IMG/VR virus record: IMGVR_UViG_3300045988_174813
Source of the DNA: a virus
Length of the DNA stretch: 64,000 bases
Direction: 5' to 3' (one strand)
Below, one piece after another: positions 55,086 through 63,128 of the stretch. The stretch's first letter is position 1. The number at the start of each line of letters is the position of its first letter. The position numbers and the translations under genes were made by a program. The notes under the pieces are model-generated. The model had not been told where the DNA came from. It searched no databases and was given only the letters and a program-made list of their open reading frames with translations.

Positions 55086-55345
55086 TTTATTTTCGTAAGG
55101 ATTACTTTGATAATAGTAAAACATTCGATGATTTTGTAGAAGCCGCACAATGGTTCTTCAATTCAAGCGATGCAGAAGATACTTATATTTATAATAGCGA
55201 TAATGATGTATGGGTTACAAAGAATGCTCATACTCTTGAGCATCCAGGACGATGGGAAGTTCATGACCAGTTGCTTTGTAAGTCTTACCTTACAAACTCT
55301 TTGGAAGAAGCAATGGATTGTATGTTTTCTTTGAGGCGCGCGTGA
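55082..55345 (+). CDS. hypothetical protein
   Basis: 87-aa ORF, ATGA coupling. Confidence 0.55.
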   Translation: MIYFRKDYFDNSKTFDDFVEAAQWFFNSSDAEDTYIYNSDNDVWVTKNAHTLEHPGRWEVHDQLLCKSYLTNSLEEAMDCMFSLRRA

Positions 55346-55698
55346 TGGGACTTTGGACTGAACGTAAAAGTGGGATTGATGGCCTCGCGCCAGATGAGAT
55401 ACTTGTGAAGATTTTTGACCAGTCTTATGAGTGGACAGAAGATGATAATCGGTATCTTATGGAGTATTGTTTCTATCAGGAGATAGGTTATCCTGAACAA
55501 GCTGGACGCTGGACTTATCCTGTTGATGTGATTGTGGTGCTTGACACGATAGACTATGGTGAGAGGTTCTTTCGTATTGGTTATGATTGTGGTTTGACGG
55601 AGTATCAGGATACTATTGTATGGGATACGCGCCCAGTGGAAGTTAGACTTCATAAGTATACGAAAACCATTGAAGTGGAAGAGTGGGAGGAAGTATGA
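55345..55698 (+). CDS. hypothetical protein
   Basis: ATG 55345 overlapping TGA (GTGATG). Confidence 0.5.
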   Translation: MGLWTERKSGIDGLAPDEILVKIFDQSYEWTEDDNRYLMEYCFYQEIGYPEQAGRWTYPVDVIVVLDTIDYGERFFRIGYDCGLTEYQDTIVWDTRPVEVRLHKYTKTIEVEEWEEV

Positions 55699-55940
55699 AG
55701 CAAGAAAAGAAGATAAGCCTTGATGTGCTTTATAAAGAACTTCGTGATTACTGCTTTGAAGTTCTCGTAGATGACACCATTTCTTGGCGCGGGTATGCTG
55801 GCGGAGATGAGAAAATGGTTCGCGCGAAGTTCGCTTACATCAATGGTGTATCTGATGCAGTGAGGTATATGAATAGTATGCTGATGTATTATTCCAGAGA
55901 GCCTGGTGAAGAGAATACACAGGATGAAGAGAATGATTGA
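55695..55940 (+). CDS. hypothetical protein
   Basis: GGAGGAAG RBS, ATG 55695. Confidence 0.5.
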   Translation: MKQEKKISLDVLYKELRDYCFEVLVDDTISWRGYAGGDEKMVRAKFAYINGVSDAVRYMNSMLMYYSREPGEENTQDEEND

Positions 55941-56030
55941 TATTCTTTTCGCGCGAGCCATTCATAAAGAATGCTTCAAATCTATGCTGTGCGCGCGGTG
56001 TGTTTGGAAAAATAATGGAGGGTGTAGTGA

Positions 56031-56225
56031 ATGGAATACGTTGTAAGTAGTGAGTGTTATAATTATAGTTGCCCCTTTAGAAAGACTTCACTGCCTACCT
56101 CGGAAACACGATGCGAGTGCTATGCCTGTCAAAATAGAGTAGATTTTGCATTATACTATTATATGACTAATGAAACTAGGAAGGAGAACTGCAATGGATG
56201 GAGTAATTGTTCTGAATGTAATTGA
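56031..56225 (+). CDS. small Cys-rich protein
   Basis: GGAGGG RBS; 64 aa with 8 Cys. Confidence 0.5.
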   Translation: MEYVVSSECYNYSCPFRKTSLPTSETRCECYACQNRVDFALYYYMTNETRKENCNGWSNCSECN

Positions 56226-56544
56226 ACGAACACGGTTGCCTGATTGGGCACTTATATGTATACTACTGTGCGCATTTGCTATGGCAGTTTTCTTTATTGA
56301 ACTGCTCACTGGGGATACCCAAAAGAAAATAAATATTGGTGGTATTGGGTTTGCCTGCACTTTGATTCTAATCTTTATATTCCTAGTGGTAGGGCAGACA
56401 GTTGCTCCAAAGAGAATAATGCAATATGAATGTACCATTGATAGTAATGTAAGTTTTGTGGAACTCTACGAAAAGTATGATGTAATTGAGCAACGTGGAG
56501 ATATCTGGGTATTGGAGGAGAAAGCAAATGGAGAAGTCGATTGA
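56194..56544 (+). CDS. membrane protein (3 TM)
   Basis: AAGGAGAA RBS, ATG 56194. Confidence 0.5.
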   Translation: MDGVIVLNVIERTRLPDWALICILLCAFAMAVFFIELLTGDTQKKINIGGIGFACTLILIFIFLVVGQTVAPKRIMQYECTIDSNVSFVELYEKYDVIEQRGDIWVLEEKANGEVD

Positions 56545-56977
56545 TATGCTACACGCTGAGATGTGGAGAGACCGTTATACCGCCATTTTCAATCAGTATC
56601 GTGCTCTTGCAAAGCGCGAACAAATTATGCGCGAAGAGTATGATATAATGGCTCAAGATTTGGATGATTTCTATCAAGAGAGATGTGATTTGAAAGAGGC
56701 TCTTCTTCGAGAGAAAGAAGACAGCGAAAAGTATTCACACGAAGCTATTAAACTTAGATTACGCTGTGAGAAATTTCAAGAAAAAATTGATAAATATGAA
56801 GAGAACAATGCAAATCTTGAGAAGGAGAATGCACGCCTGCGATTGTGCTTAAGAGATTTGGTTGATGCTGGAACACAATACCTAGCATTCTCTCAGCCCA
56901 TTGCTGGAAGTGATGGCTCGCGCGGAGCACAATTCCGAGAAGTAATTGAGACAGGAAGGAGAGAAATCAATGAATAA
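56528..56977 (+). CDS. coiled-coil protein
   Basis: GGAGGAGAA RBS, ATG 56528. Confidence 0.5.
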   Translation: MEKSIDMLHAEMWRDRYTAIFNQYRALAKREQIMREEYDIMAQDLDDFYQERCDLKEALLREKEDSEKYSHEAIKLRLRCEKFQEKIDKYEENNANLEKENARLRLCLRDLVDAGTQYLAFSQPIAGSDGSRGAQFREVIETGRREINE

Positions 56978-57248
56978 TTCTAAGTTGACGAAGAAAGTTT
57001 GGAATAAAATGCGTGATGGAATCGTTGTAATACTTGCTATTCTCTCAGTATGCTCACTCTTCTCAGGTTGTAATAGTTCTTCAACATCTAAAGAGCGCGA
57101 GCGCGAGTCAATAGGTTATGCTATCGTAAATGGAAAGAGATACGATATTACTAACTATGCAACGAATCACGGTTTCCTTTATGTATGGACGACAGATGGA
57201 ATGAAAATTTATGGCGCAGGTATCACAGTTTTTATCCCGAAGGATTGA
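56970..57248 (+). CDS. putative lipoprotein
   Basis: AAGGAGAG RBS; signal helix ending in lipobox-like LFSGC. Confidence 0.5.
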   Translation: MNNSKLTKKVWNKMRDGIVVILAILSVCSLFSGCNSSSTSKERERESIGYAIVNGKRYDITNYATNHGFLYVWTTDGMKIYGAGITVFIPKD

Positions 57249-57250
57249 GT

Positions 57251-57397
57251 ATGGATAATAGTTGTGATTATGGTTATGGACCGTGCACGGCACCAGATAC
57301 ACTGTGCCCTCACTGGCAAGGCACTTTTTGTGAGTTAGACATATATTATGCTAAACTTGAAAAGGAGAGAGAGTATGAGCACGAATCCAAGTTATAA
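57251..57397 (+). CDS. small Cys-rich protein
   Basis: ATG 57251; 48 aa. Confidence 0.4.
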   Translation: MDNSCDYGYGPCTAPDTLCPHWQGTFCELDIYYAKLEKEREYEHESKL

Positions 57398-57623
57398 AGA
57401 TAGCGTAGTATACATTGACAAAGAGGGCAACTACTTCCACGGATATGTGGATGGAAGTTTCAAGGCAAGTATGGAAGACTGCGTGCAATGGGTTGATGGA
57501 GAGTTGAATGATGCGCAGTATGTTGCTTTCTGTAAGTGGCTGGAATATAGATTGTTTTTGGAAAGCTGGCGTAGAAAGAGAGATAGAGTTGTGGATGGGC
57601 GGAAGTTGAAAGTTTCACCTTGA
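57375..57623 (+). CDS. hypothetical protein
   Basis: AAGGAGAGAG RBS, ATG 57375; last plus-strand gene. Confidence 0.55.
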   Translation: MSTNPSYKDSVVYIDKEGNYFHGYVDGSFKASMEDCVQWVDGELNDAQYVAFCKWLEYRLFLESWRRKRDRVVDGRKLKVSP

Positions 57624-57636
57624 GCCAGTGGTGTAT

Positions 57637-57670
57637 GGAGAGCAAGAGATTGCTCTCCTTTTTTGTTTTT
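57637..57670 (+). terminator. rho-independent terminator closing the plus-strand arm
   Basis: GGAGAGCA-6 nt-TGCTCTCC, then TTTTTTGTTTTTT. Confidence 0.8.
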
Positions 57671-58084
57671 TAGAAAGAGATACTTGCGCGCCCTCCATAA
57701 AAATGTATCATCACTACATTTAGTGCCTCGCGCGAAGCCTATATAGAACTTCTATTGAGTAAATCTATGGAGCCCGCGCGAAGCAATCAAATTTCCATCA
57801 AGCAAACCCAGGAGCCCGCGCAGTTTCAATTCTACTACTAAGTCTACTTCTAGACTAAATCAAAATTTGAATATTTTTATTATGGGATTTCTACCTTTTC
57901 AATATAAAATAGATAGAAGATAGATTAGAAAAAAATTTTTATATATCTTGTAGGGAAAAATTTAGAGAGAATAGTAAAGAAAATCTACTTTATAAATGTA
58001 ATAGGGAAATTTATTTAGTAAATACATTTATAAATACATTATATATATAGTAGTAGTAGAAGTCTCCTACGGAGCCTTTTTTGG

Positions 58085-58160
58085 AAAACAACGCCCCCTT
58101 GAGGGGGGTGAACCTCGACCGCGCGCAGTCGCGGGTGAGGTTCATCGGGGGGTGCACACA
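58085..58160. other. nested GC-rich hairpins in an AT-rich repeat zone
   Basis: GCCCCC-ttga-GGGGGG; GAACCTC[GACCGCG-cgcagt-CGCGGGT]GAGGTTC. Confidence 0.4.
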
Positions 58161-58169
58161 ATTAGATAA

Positions 58170-58640
58170 ATAATTCTAAATGTAATTATAATGTATGTCT
58201 ATCGCGCGAGGCGCACAGGGACATCAAAGTAGAGTATATAATTTATAGTGTAATTTTGAGTGTAGTGGGCGCCAAATGGATGACTAAGTGGATTACTAAG
58301 TGAGCTACTAAATTATAAGTGTAATTCTAATGTAAGTTATAAATGTAATTATAAGTGTAAATAAAATGTGGGCGTAGGTAGTACGCGTGGTGAAGTTTAT
58401 AGAGTAATTTATAAATGTAATTATAATGTATGTTATGAATGTGAGTAAAATGAAGGGGCGCGCGAAGTAGGGGGCAAACACCGGTGCCTTGAATGGTAAG
58501 GCGTAGGTTATAGGTTATAGGTTATAAATTATAAGTTATAAGTTATAAATGTAATTTATAAATGTAATTCTAAATGTATGTTGTAAATGTATGTTGTAAA
58601 TGTAAGTAAAATGTGTGTTCTAAATGTAATAATGCCCCAA
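58170..58640. repeat. array of short (A/G)TGTAA(T/G)T motifs interrupted by GC islands
   Basis: e.g. TAAATGTAATTATAATGTATGT at 58176 and 58412; GTTATAGGTTATAGGTTATAAATTATAAGTTATAAGTTATAAATGTAA at 58506. Confidence 0.7.
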
Positions 58641-58707
58641 AAATTTTTCTTTCCGCCCCATATAGGGGGATGCTTCGGAGGCTCTTTGGGGGGTAGGGAT
58701 TGAGGGA

Positions 58708-58736
58708 TATATATCCCAAATTTTTTCCAAAGTCAA
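58708..58736 (-). promoter_or_regulatory. possible minus-strand promoter reading into the repeat zone
   Basis: TTGACT-17-TATATA. Confidence 0.4.
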
Positions 58737-58810
58737 ATTTTTTTTACACAATAAATTTCTTCCAAAATTTAGATTTTTTATATAAAAAATAGCAAAACGT
58801 ATACTAAAAT

Positions 58811-58839
58811 TTGACAAGTTCAAAAATGTATGGTATAAT
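58811..58839 (+). promoter_or_regulatory. sigma-A type promoter with no ORF behind it
   Basis: TTGACA-17-TATAAT with TG extension. Confidence 0.6.
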
Positions 58840-58845
58840 AAAAGG

Positions 58846-58912
58846 GGAAGGATATGTGTCCCGCGCGAGAAAAAAAATAAAAGTAAAACCTCGGAGTGAT
58901 CCGAGGTTTAAA
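58846..58912 (+). ncRNA. candidate ~65-nt small RNA
   Basis: Starts after the promoter; ends at AACCTCGG-agtgat-CCGAGGTT plus TAAATTT; only an 8-codon ORF. Confidence 0.35.
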
Positions 58913-59014
58913 TTTCTCCCATAAAAGGGTGGGGTTTTTCGGTTTTTCTGGCTTTTACAGGCGTTGTCAAATTTTATGTTATGTCAAATTTTTTCTAGAC
59001 AAATAAAAAAATTC

Positions 59015-59052
59015 CAAAATAAAAATAGCAGAGTAAAATACTCTGCTATTTT
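59015..59052. terminator. terminator after the initiator-like gene
   Basis: ATAGCAGAGT-aaaat-ACTCTGCTAT flanked by A/T runs. Confidence 0.65.
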
Positions 59053-59071
59053 CTATATATAAAGTTGCAAC

Positions 59072-59557
59072 TTACTCTTCAACAATAGGAAGTTGGTTCC
59101 ATTTTTCCAAAAATTCGTGTTCAGGAATCTCTTTAGTAAGTAAGCCCTTGAGTTCATTATAAGTTACATTGCGCGGGCCGTTCTTAGTCTGTACTGTACG
59201 GACTTCTGGCTTTAGAAGAATATCTTCTGTGGTAAGCGGAGGGTCGTGAGGCGTTTCATAGAAATTGAGCTTCCCATCTTCCTCAATTATATACCCACAG
59301 TTTACTAGGTCTGCTGGCGCGCGCCGGGCAGCATCAACTGATAATCCATATACATTTGAAAAATCTCGTGGAGAATAATCTTTCTCATAGTTATTCTGAT
59401 TAGATGCAAGGTATAAGTATAGTTTGAATCCAGAGGGTGTAAGTAACCTCGCGGCAGTAGCTAATGCTTGACAGTCAATAGCAAGGTATTGCTTTTTTTC
59501 TGAGAGCGGATTAGAACGGTGGATAATGATAGTCTTTTGATTTTGATAGTGAGCCAT
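59072..59557 (-). CDS. winged-helix replication-initiator/organizer-like protein
   Basis: AAGGAG RBS; ..LTPSGFKLYLYLASNQ..Y.YSPRDFSNVYGLSVDAARRAPADLVNCGYI..; flanked by iteron arrays. Confidence 0.4.
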   Translation of the reverse strand: MAHYQNQKTIIIHRSNPLSEKKQYLAIDCQALATAARLLTPSGFKLYLYLASNQNNYEKDYSPRDFSNVYGLSVDAARRAPADLVNCGYIIEEDGKLNFYETPHDPPLTTEDILLKPEVRTVQTKNGPRNVTYNELKGLLTKEIPEHEFLEKWNQLPIVEE

Positions 59558-59611
59558 AGTGAGTACTCCTTTTTTGATAAAATAAAATGATAAACTACTG
59601 ATGATAGTGAG

Positions 59612-59665
59612 CCAGCTTTTGGCGAGCGCGCCTTAGCAAAGCGAGCCAGAAAAAGCTGGCTCATA
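59612..59665. repeat. 12-bp inverted repeat
   Basis: GAGCCAGCTTTT..AAAAGCTGGCTC. Confidence 0.6.
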
Positions 59666-59689
59666 TTTAGCTTTTTGCGCATATTTCTT

Positions 59690-59995
59690 TATATTACTTA
59701 TGTAAATTTTACATAAGGATGTAGGAAAATTTACATAAGGATGTAGGAAAATTTACATATACTTTGCTTATTTTTCGTTTTTTTATGGTCGCTATGCGCG
59801 GCTCCTATAGCTAAATTTACATAAGGGTTAGGAAAATTTACATATACTTTGGTATACCTTATGTAAGTTTTACATAAGGTTATGGCTAATTTTACATATA
59901 CCTATAGCTAGTTTTGCGTATACCTTATGTAAAATTTGCGTATACCTATAGCTAAATTTACATATACCTTATGTAAATTTTACATATACCCTCTT
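59690..59995. repeat. iteron field, core AAATTTACATA(A/T)
   Basis: >=12 copies in both orientations; 22-bp unit GGAAAATTTACATAAGGATGTA x2.5; palindromes CCTTATGTAAATTTTACATAAGG. Confidence 0.75.
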
Positions 59996-60008
59996 CTATT
60001 ATATATAT

Positions 60009-60037
60009 ATTATATCATAATTTTTAGAAAATTTCAA
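60009..60037 (-). promoter_or_regulatory. sigma-A type promoter facing the iterons and initiator gene
   Basis: TTGAAA-17-TATAAT. Confidence 0.6.
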
Positions 60038-60093
60038 ATTCTTCTCAGCTTTCGGGGATTACTCGTGCGCTCGCTCGATAGTATGCTACTTCT

Positions 60094-60122
60094 ATTATAT
60101 CATAAAATCTCCAAAAAATCAA
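60094..60122 (-). promoter_or_regulatory. sigma-A type promoter (tandem)
   Basis: TTGATT-17-TATAAT. Confidence 0.55.
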
Positions 60123-60388
60123 ATTTTCTGGCGCAGCTCCCCAGCTCTCAAAATTTGCCTATACTCCCCGCCCAGCTTTCCAGCTTCCAGCTTTCTTGCG
60201 CCCAAAATTTGACAGGCCTATCCAATGTTCTCCCTATGTGGTGCGCGCATCATAAAATTTGACACGCAACAAAATTTGCGTTGGTGGTTTACGATAATAA
60301 TGTTATGTAAACTTTAGTTGTGTGATGAATTAGTGATTTAGTGTGTTAGTAGTTTACTATGCTAAAGAAAATTTGACAAAAATGAAAA

Positions 60389-60409
60389 TCTAACCTAAGA
60401 TAGGTTAGA
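60389..60409. promoter_or_regulatory. 21-bp palindrome TCTAACCTA-N3-TAGGTTAGA (copy 1 of 7)
   Basis: Perfect 9+3+9; 9 nt from a weak TTGTCA-17-TAAACT element. Confidence 0.6.
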
Positions 60410-60411
60410 TT

Positions 60412-60446
60412 TTGGGGTAAAAGAAAAGAGGGAAAATTAGATTTCC
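60412..60446 (-). terminator. rho-independent terminator of the right-arm operon
   Basis: Minus strand GAGGGGGAAAT-ctaa-TTTTCCCTC, then TTTTCTTTT. Confidence 0.7.
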
Positions 60447-60619
60447 CCCTCAATAGAATAATTTTCGTATTTATAATGTAAATCAATCTGGTATTCTTTT
60501 TCACACTGCGGGCAATAATAGATACAACATTCTGTATGATAATCATCACCATATAAATCATCATACGTATCATCAAGAGCAAGAACCGCACCACAATTCG
60601 GGCATCTAATCTCTTCCAT
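60437..60619 (-). CDS. zinc-ribbon protein
   Basis: CPNCG..CPQCE; 60 aa. Confidence 0.55.
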   Translation of the reverse strand: MEEIRCPNCGAVLALDDTYDDLYGDDYHTECCIYYCPQCEKEYQIDLHYKYENYSIEGEI

Positions 60620-60781
60620 TTATTCTTCATCCTCCAAACAAGAATCATTATTTTCACCAGTAGGAAAATAGAAACTTCCTTTCCAGAGAGGACAATTATT
60701 AATACATTCCCCTTTAAGGCAATCATTTACGTTGCATCTCTCTATAAAGAAAATAATTTCCTCATTACTTAGATTTTTCAT
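60620..60781 (-). CDS. small Cys-rich protein
   Basis: ATG 60781 (TAAATG coupling); 53 aa; below the ORF-track cutoff. Confidence 0.45.
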   Translation of the reverse strand: MKNLSNEEIIFFIERCNVNDCLKGECINNCPLWKGSFYFPTGENNDSCLEDEE

Positions 60782-60901
60782 TTACTCTTCCTCCTCATAC
60801 TCACACGGTGGAATATCTCCCGCGCACTTTGCTTCAAACTTACAAGTTGGATAACTTTCGTCCTCTTCGCACCAGCAATATGGACAATCCTTGCAACTCA
60901 T
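60782..60901 (-). CDS. small acidic Cys-rich protein
   Basis: AAAGGAGG RBS, ATG 60901; MSCKDCPYCWC..EEEE. Confidence 0.5.
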   Translation of the reverse strand: MSCKDCPYCWCEEDESYPTCKFEAKCAGDIPPCEYEEEE

Positions 60902-60926
60902 ACACTTACCTCCTTTAGATGATACA

Positions 60927-60955
60927 ATTATATCGCGCCCGCGCCATAAAGTCAA
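60927..60955 (-). promoter_or_regulatory. right-arm promoter
   Basis: TTGACT-17-TATAAT. Confidence 0.6.
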
Positions 60956-60972
60956 GAAAAACATTTCCATAA

Positions 60973-60991
60973 CCTAACCTATCTTAGGTTA
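60973..60991. promoter_or_regulatory. palindrome copy 2 of 7 (19-bp core)
   Basis: CTAACCTA-TCT-TAGGTTAG; 17 nt upstream of the -35. Confidence 0.6.
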
Positions 60992-61041
60992 GAAATGCAC
61001 CAAAAACTTTCCCTCGCTAAAGTATTAGCAAGGGAAAATTT

Positions 61042-61899
61042 TCAAATATCGGCGCGTCCTACGATGCGGAACGGGAAAGCAATAATTCCGTAGGAAAATT
61101 TTCCTTTCGTGCGCTTGTGGATAAGGGAAAAAATTTCGGTTTCTATCTCGGCATCATTCAATGCCGTGTGCGCTTCTTCAAAATCAGTTTCCCCAGTGAT
61201 AAACCGGAAAGACGTTTCCGCGCTTGTCTTGTAGTATTTCCCACTTTCGGTAATCCAACCGTTAGCTTTGCACGCTTCGCGGTAATCGTCGCTATCAAGA
61301 ATATGCTCACAAGCCAAACCCCAGAGGTCAAACAGAGGATACGACCGACCACGGAAACGGAACACTTCCGGCTCATATTCTTTCTTGGAGGTATAGCGCG
61401 TCTTGCTTGCAATGTTGTCGCAGATGCGGTTCTGGAGGGCTTCCCAGTTGTGGAAGTCTGCGCTATACAGTTTGGAAATATAAAGCTCGGTAAACGGGAT
61501 TGCTTTCTTGAAGTCAAAGTTGGCGTTATAAGCTCCGACGCCTACCACGTCGGCGAGGTCTGCTTCAAGTTTTGCGGACGCTTCGCGCCACGTTGCAAGC
61601 TCAATCGTTCCCGCTTCCAGAGCTTCAAGGTAAATCGGACGCTTAGACGCATAGTAAGCAGTATTGAAAATCGCAGGAACGGAGAAAATCTCGGTAATGA
61701 GATAGTTACGGCGGCGATAAACGTTACCCTTGGCGTCGCAAATCGTCCAGCCCAAATCATAAATAAGCGGCTTTGCGATAGCTACGGATTTTTTCGCTTC
61801 CGCGGACAGCTCCGACGCATAGGGAAGCGTTGCGGTTTCGCAATCGAGGACGCAATAGTATTTGCGGCGGCGGTCAAGTTTCTTCTCGGCAATAGACAT
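61042..61899 (-). CDS. DEDD-family 3'-5' exonuclease (DnaQ-like)
   Basis: AAGGAG RBS, ATG 61899; VLDCETA (ExoI), AYNANFDF (ExoII), HTALNDAEIE (ExoIII). Confidence 0.8.
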   Translation of the reverse strand: MSIAEKKLDRRRKYYCVLDCETATLPYASELSAEAKKSVAIAKPLIYDLGWTICDAKGNVYRRRNYLITEIFSVPAIFNTAYYASKRPIYLEALEAGTIELATWREASAKLEADLADVVGVGAYNANFDFKKAIPFTELYISKLYSADFHNWEALQNRICDNIASKTRYTSKKEYEPEVFRFRGRSYPLFDLWGLACEHILDSDDYREACKANGWITESGKYYKTSAETSFRFITGETDFEEAHTALNDAEIETEIFSLIHKRTKGKFSYGIIAFPFRIVGRADI

Positions 61900-61954
61900 A
61901 ATATATACTCCTTTTCTGTCGGGGCGTAACTTCTTTTCCCTCCTGACATTATAT

Positions 61955-61983
61955 ATATTACCACACCCTATACAGGAAGTCAA
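61955..61983 (-). promoter_or_regulatory. right-arm promoter
   Basis: TTGACT-17-TAATAT. Confidence 0.55.
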
Positions 61984-62000
61984 GAAAAATGTGTCCGGCT

Positions 62001-62021
62001 TCTAACCTATCTTAGGTTAGA
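62001..62021. promoter_or_regulatory. palindrome copy 3 of 7
   Basis: TCTAACCTA-TCT-TAGGTTAGA; 17 nt upstream of the -35. Confidence 0.65.
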
Positions 62022-62044
62022 AAAATTCCAAAAAAAGCAGGGAA

Positions 62045-62416
62045 TTACTCCCCTGCTTTTTCTTCCTCTGCCTTTTCCGCCTTGGCTTTTTCCTTTTCGG
62101 CTTTCTTCCGTTCCCGCTCGGCTTCTTTGCGCTTCCGTTCGGCTTCCTTGGCTTCGGCTTTCTCCGCCTTGTCTGCGAGCTTGGCGCGATACTCGTTAGC
62201 GAGCGCGTAACCGTCCGTGCCGTCCTCTTCGTCGGCTTTCTTCGGGATAATCACCGACAGCTTCACCCACCTATCCTCCCCAGCTTCGACAGTCGGGAAC
62301 ATAAGCGTTCCGGAAGCGGTCTGCATGACCTCTTCGCCGTCCTCCGTGAGAACTTCCACCAGACGCGCAAGCATGCGCGCACGCAGAGCATCATTCACAT
62401 TTACTTTCTTTTCCAT
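62045..62416 (-). CDS. protein with K/E/A-rich tail (architecture like 25321-25635)
   Basis: AAGGAGG RBS; globular N-terminus, then KAEKAEAKEAERKRKEAERERKKAEKEKAKAEKAEEEK. Confidence 0.55.
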   Translation of the reverse strand: MEKKVNVNDALRARMLARLVEVLTEDGEEVMQTASGTLMFPTVEAGEDRWVKLSVIIPKKADEEDGTDGYALANEYRAKLADKAEKAEAKEAERKRKEAERERKKAEKEKAKAEKAEEEKAGE

Positions 62417-62446
62417 TTGGGATACCTCCTTTATCTTTGTGAGTAT

Positions 62447-62475
62447 ATGATACTATATATTGAGGGAAAAGTCAA
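62447..62475 (-). promoter_or_regulatory. right-arm promoter
   Basis: TTGACT-17-TATCAT; leader nearly identical to 63611-63648. Confidence 0.6.
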
Positions 62476-62492
62476 GAAAAACTTTCGGTAGT

Positions 62493-62513
62493 TCTAACCT
62501 ATGTTAGGTTAGA
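62493..62513. promoter_or_regulatory. palindrome copy 4 of 7
   Basis: TCTAACCTA-TGT-TAGGTTAGA; 17 nt upstream of the -35. Confidence 0.65.
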
Positions 62514-62531
62514 TATAGATGGCTCGCGCCA

Positions 62532-62750
62532 TCAATGAATAGTGAGTTCTACATCGAGTTTTTCGACAAAATCAGAGTTCTCAAAAGAAGCGAAACTACC
62601 ATCCGCAATATTTACTGTATTGCACAAAATATTTTTTGACATGCAAAATTTCGTCCGCATATAGAGTTCGCCTTCCCAAGAAAAAACTTCTCCAACTTTG
62701 ACGAGTTCAAATACCATATTGCTCTTTCTTCTCGTATCATTGACCTGCAT
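62532..62750 (-). CDS. small paralog-family protein (4 of 6)
   Basis: AAGGAGG RBS; close to 63728-63946 (MQV.DTR.K...F...K.GEVF.WEG.L.MR..). Confidence 0.6.
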   Translation of the reverse strand: MQVNDTRRKSNMVFELVKVGEVFSWEGELYMRTKFCMSKNILCNTVNIADGSFASFENSDFVEKLDVELTIH

Positions 62751-62778
62751 TATACGTTCCTCCTTTATTTTGTAATCT

Positions 62779-62807
62779 TATTATATCAAATCTCTTTAGT
62801 TGTGTCA
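62779..62807 (-). promoter_or_regulatory. right-arm promoter
   Basis: TTGACA-17-TATAAT. Confidence 0.6.
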
Positions 62808-62813
62808 ATTGTA

Positions 62814-62834
62814 GTCTAACCTATATTAGGTTAG
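62814..62834. promoter_or_regulatory. palindrome copy 5 of 7
   Basis: TCTAACCTA-TAT-TAGGTTAGA; 6 nt upstream of the -35. Confidence 0.65.
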
Positions 62835-62846
62835 AATAGTTGGGTG

Positions 62847-63065
62847 TCAGAATGACACCCGTGCGGGAATGGGAATAACTTCCGTATCGACATTGTAAGA
62901 GTGAAAAACGCCGTCGGAAAGAGAAACTGCATTGAGGTAGCAATCTTCTTTTTCGTCGAAGACAACTTCGGTTTTCATAAGCAGACGCTTATCCGCATTG
63001 TTTGCAAGAAGAAAGCATTCACCTTTAGACAATTCCCCAAAAGAATTACTAGTTTCAATAATCAT
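62847..63065 (-). CDS. small paralog-family protein (5 of 6)
   Basis: F.ELSKGECF......LMKT....YLNAVSLSDGVF. Confidence 0.6.
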   Translation of the reverse strand: MIIETSNSFGELSKGECFLLANNADKRLLMKTEVVFDEKEDCYLNAVSLSDGVFHSYNVDTEVIPIPARVSF

Positions 63066-63093
63066 ATTATTTCCTCCTTTTCTTTATGGTCGT

Positions 63094-63122
63094 ATTATAC
63101 TATATTATACGCGCATTGTCAA
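63094..63122 (-). promoter_or_regulatory. right-arm promoter
   Basis: TTGACA-17-TATAAT. Confidence 0.6.
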
Positions 63123-63128
63123 CTAATC

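Noticed and set aside
58170-58640. CRISPR array
   Set aside because: The repeat units are only ~8-12 bp, irregularly spaced and degenerate, with no ~30-bp unique spacers and no cas genes.
59461-59682. 73-aa minus-strand ORF overlapping the start of the initiator-like gene
   Set aside because: It overlaps 59072-59557 out of frame, has no RBS, and runs through the 12-bp inverted repeat.
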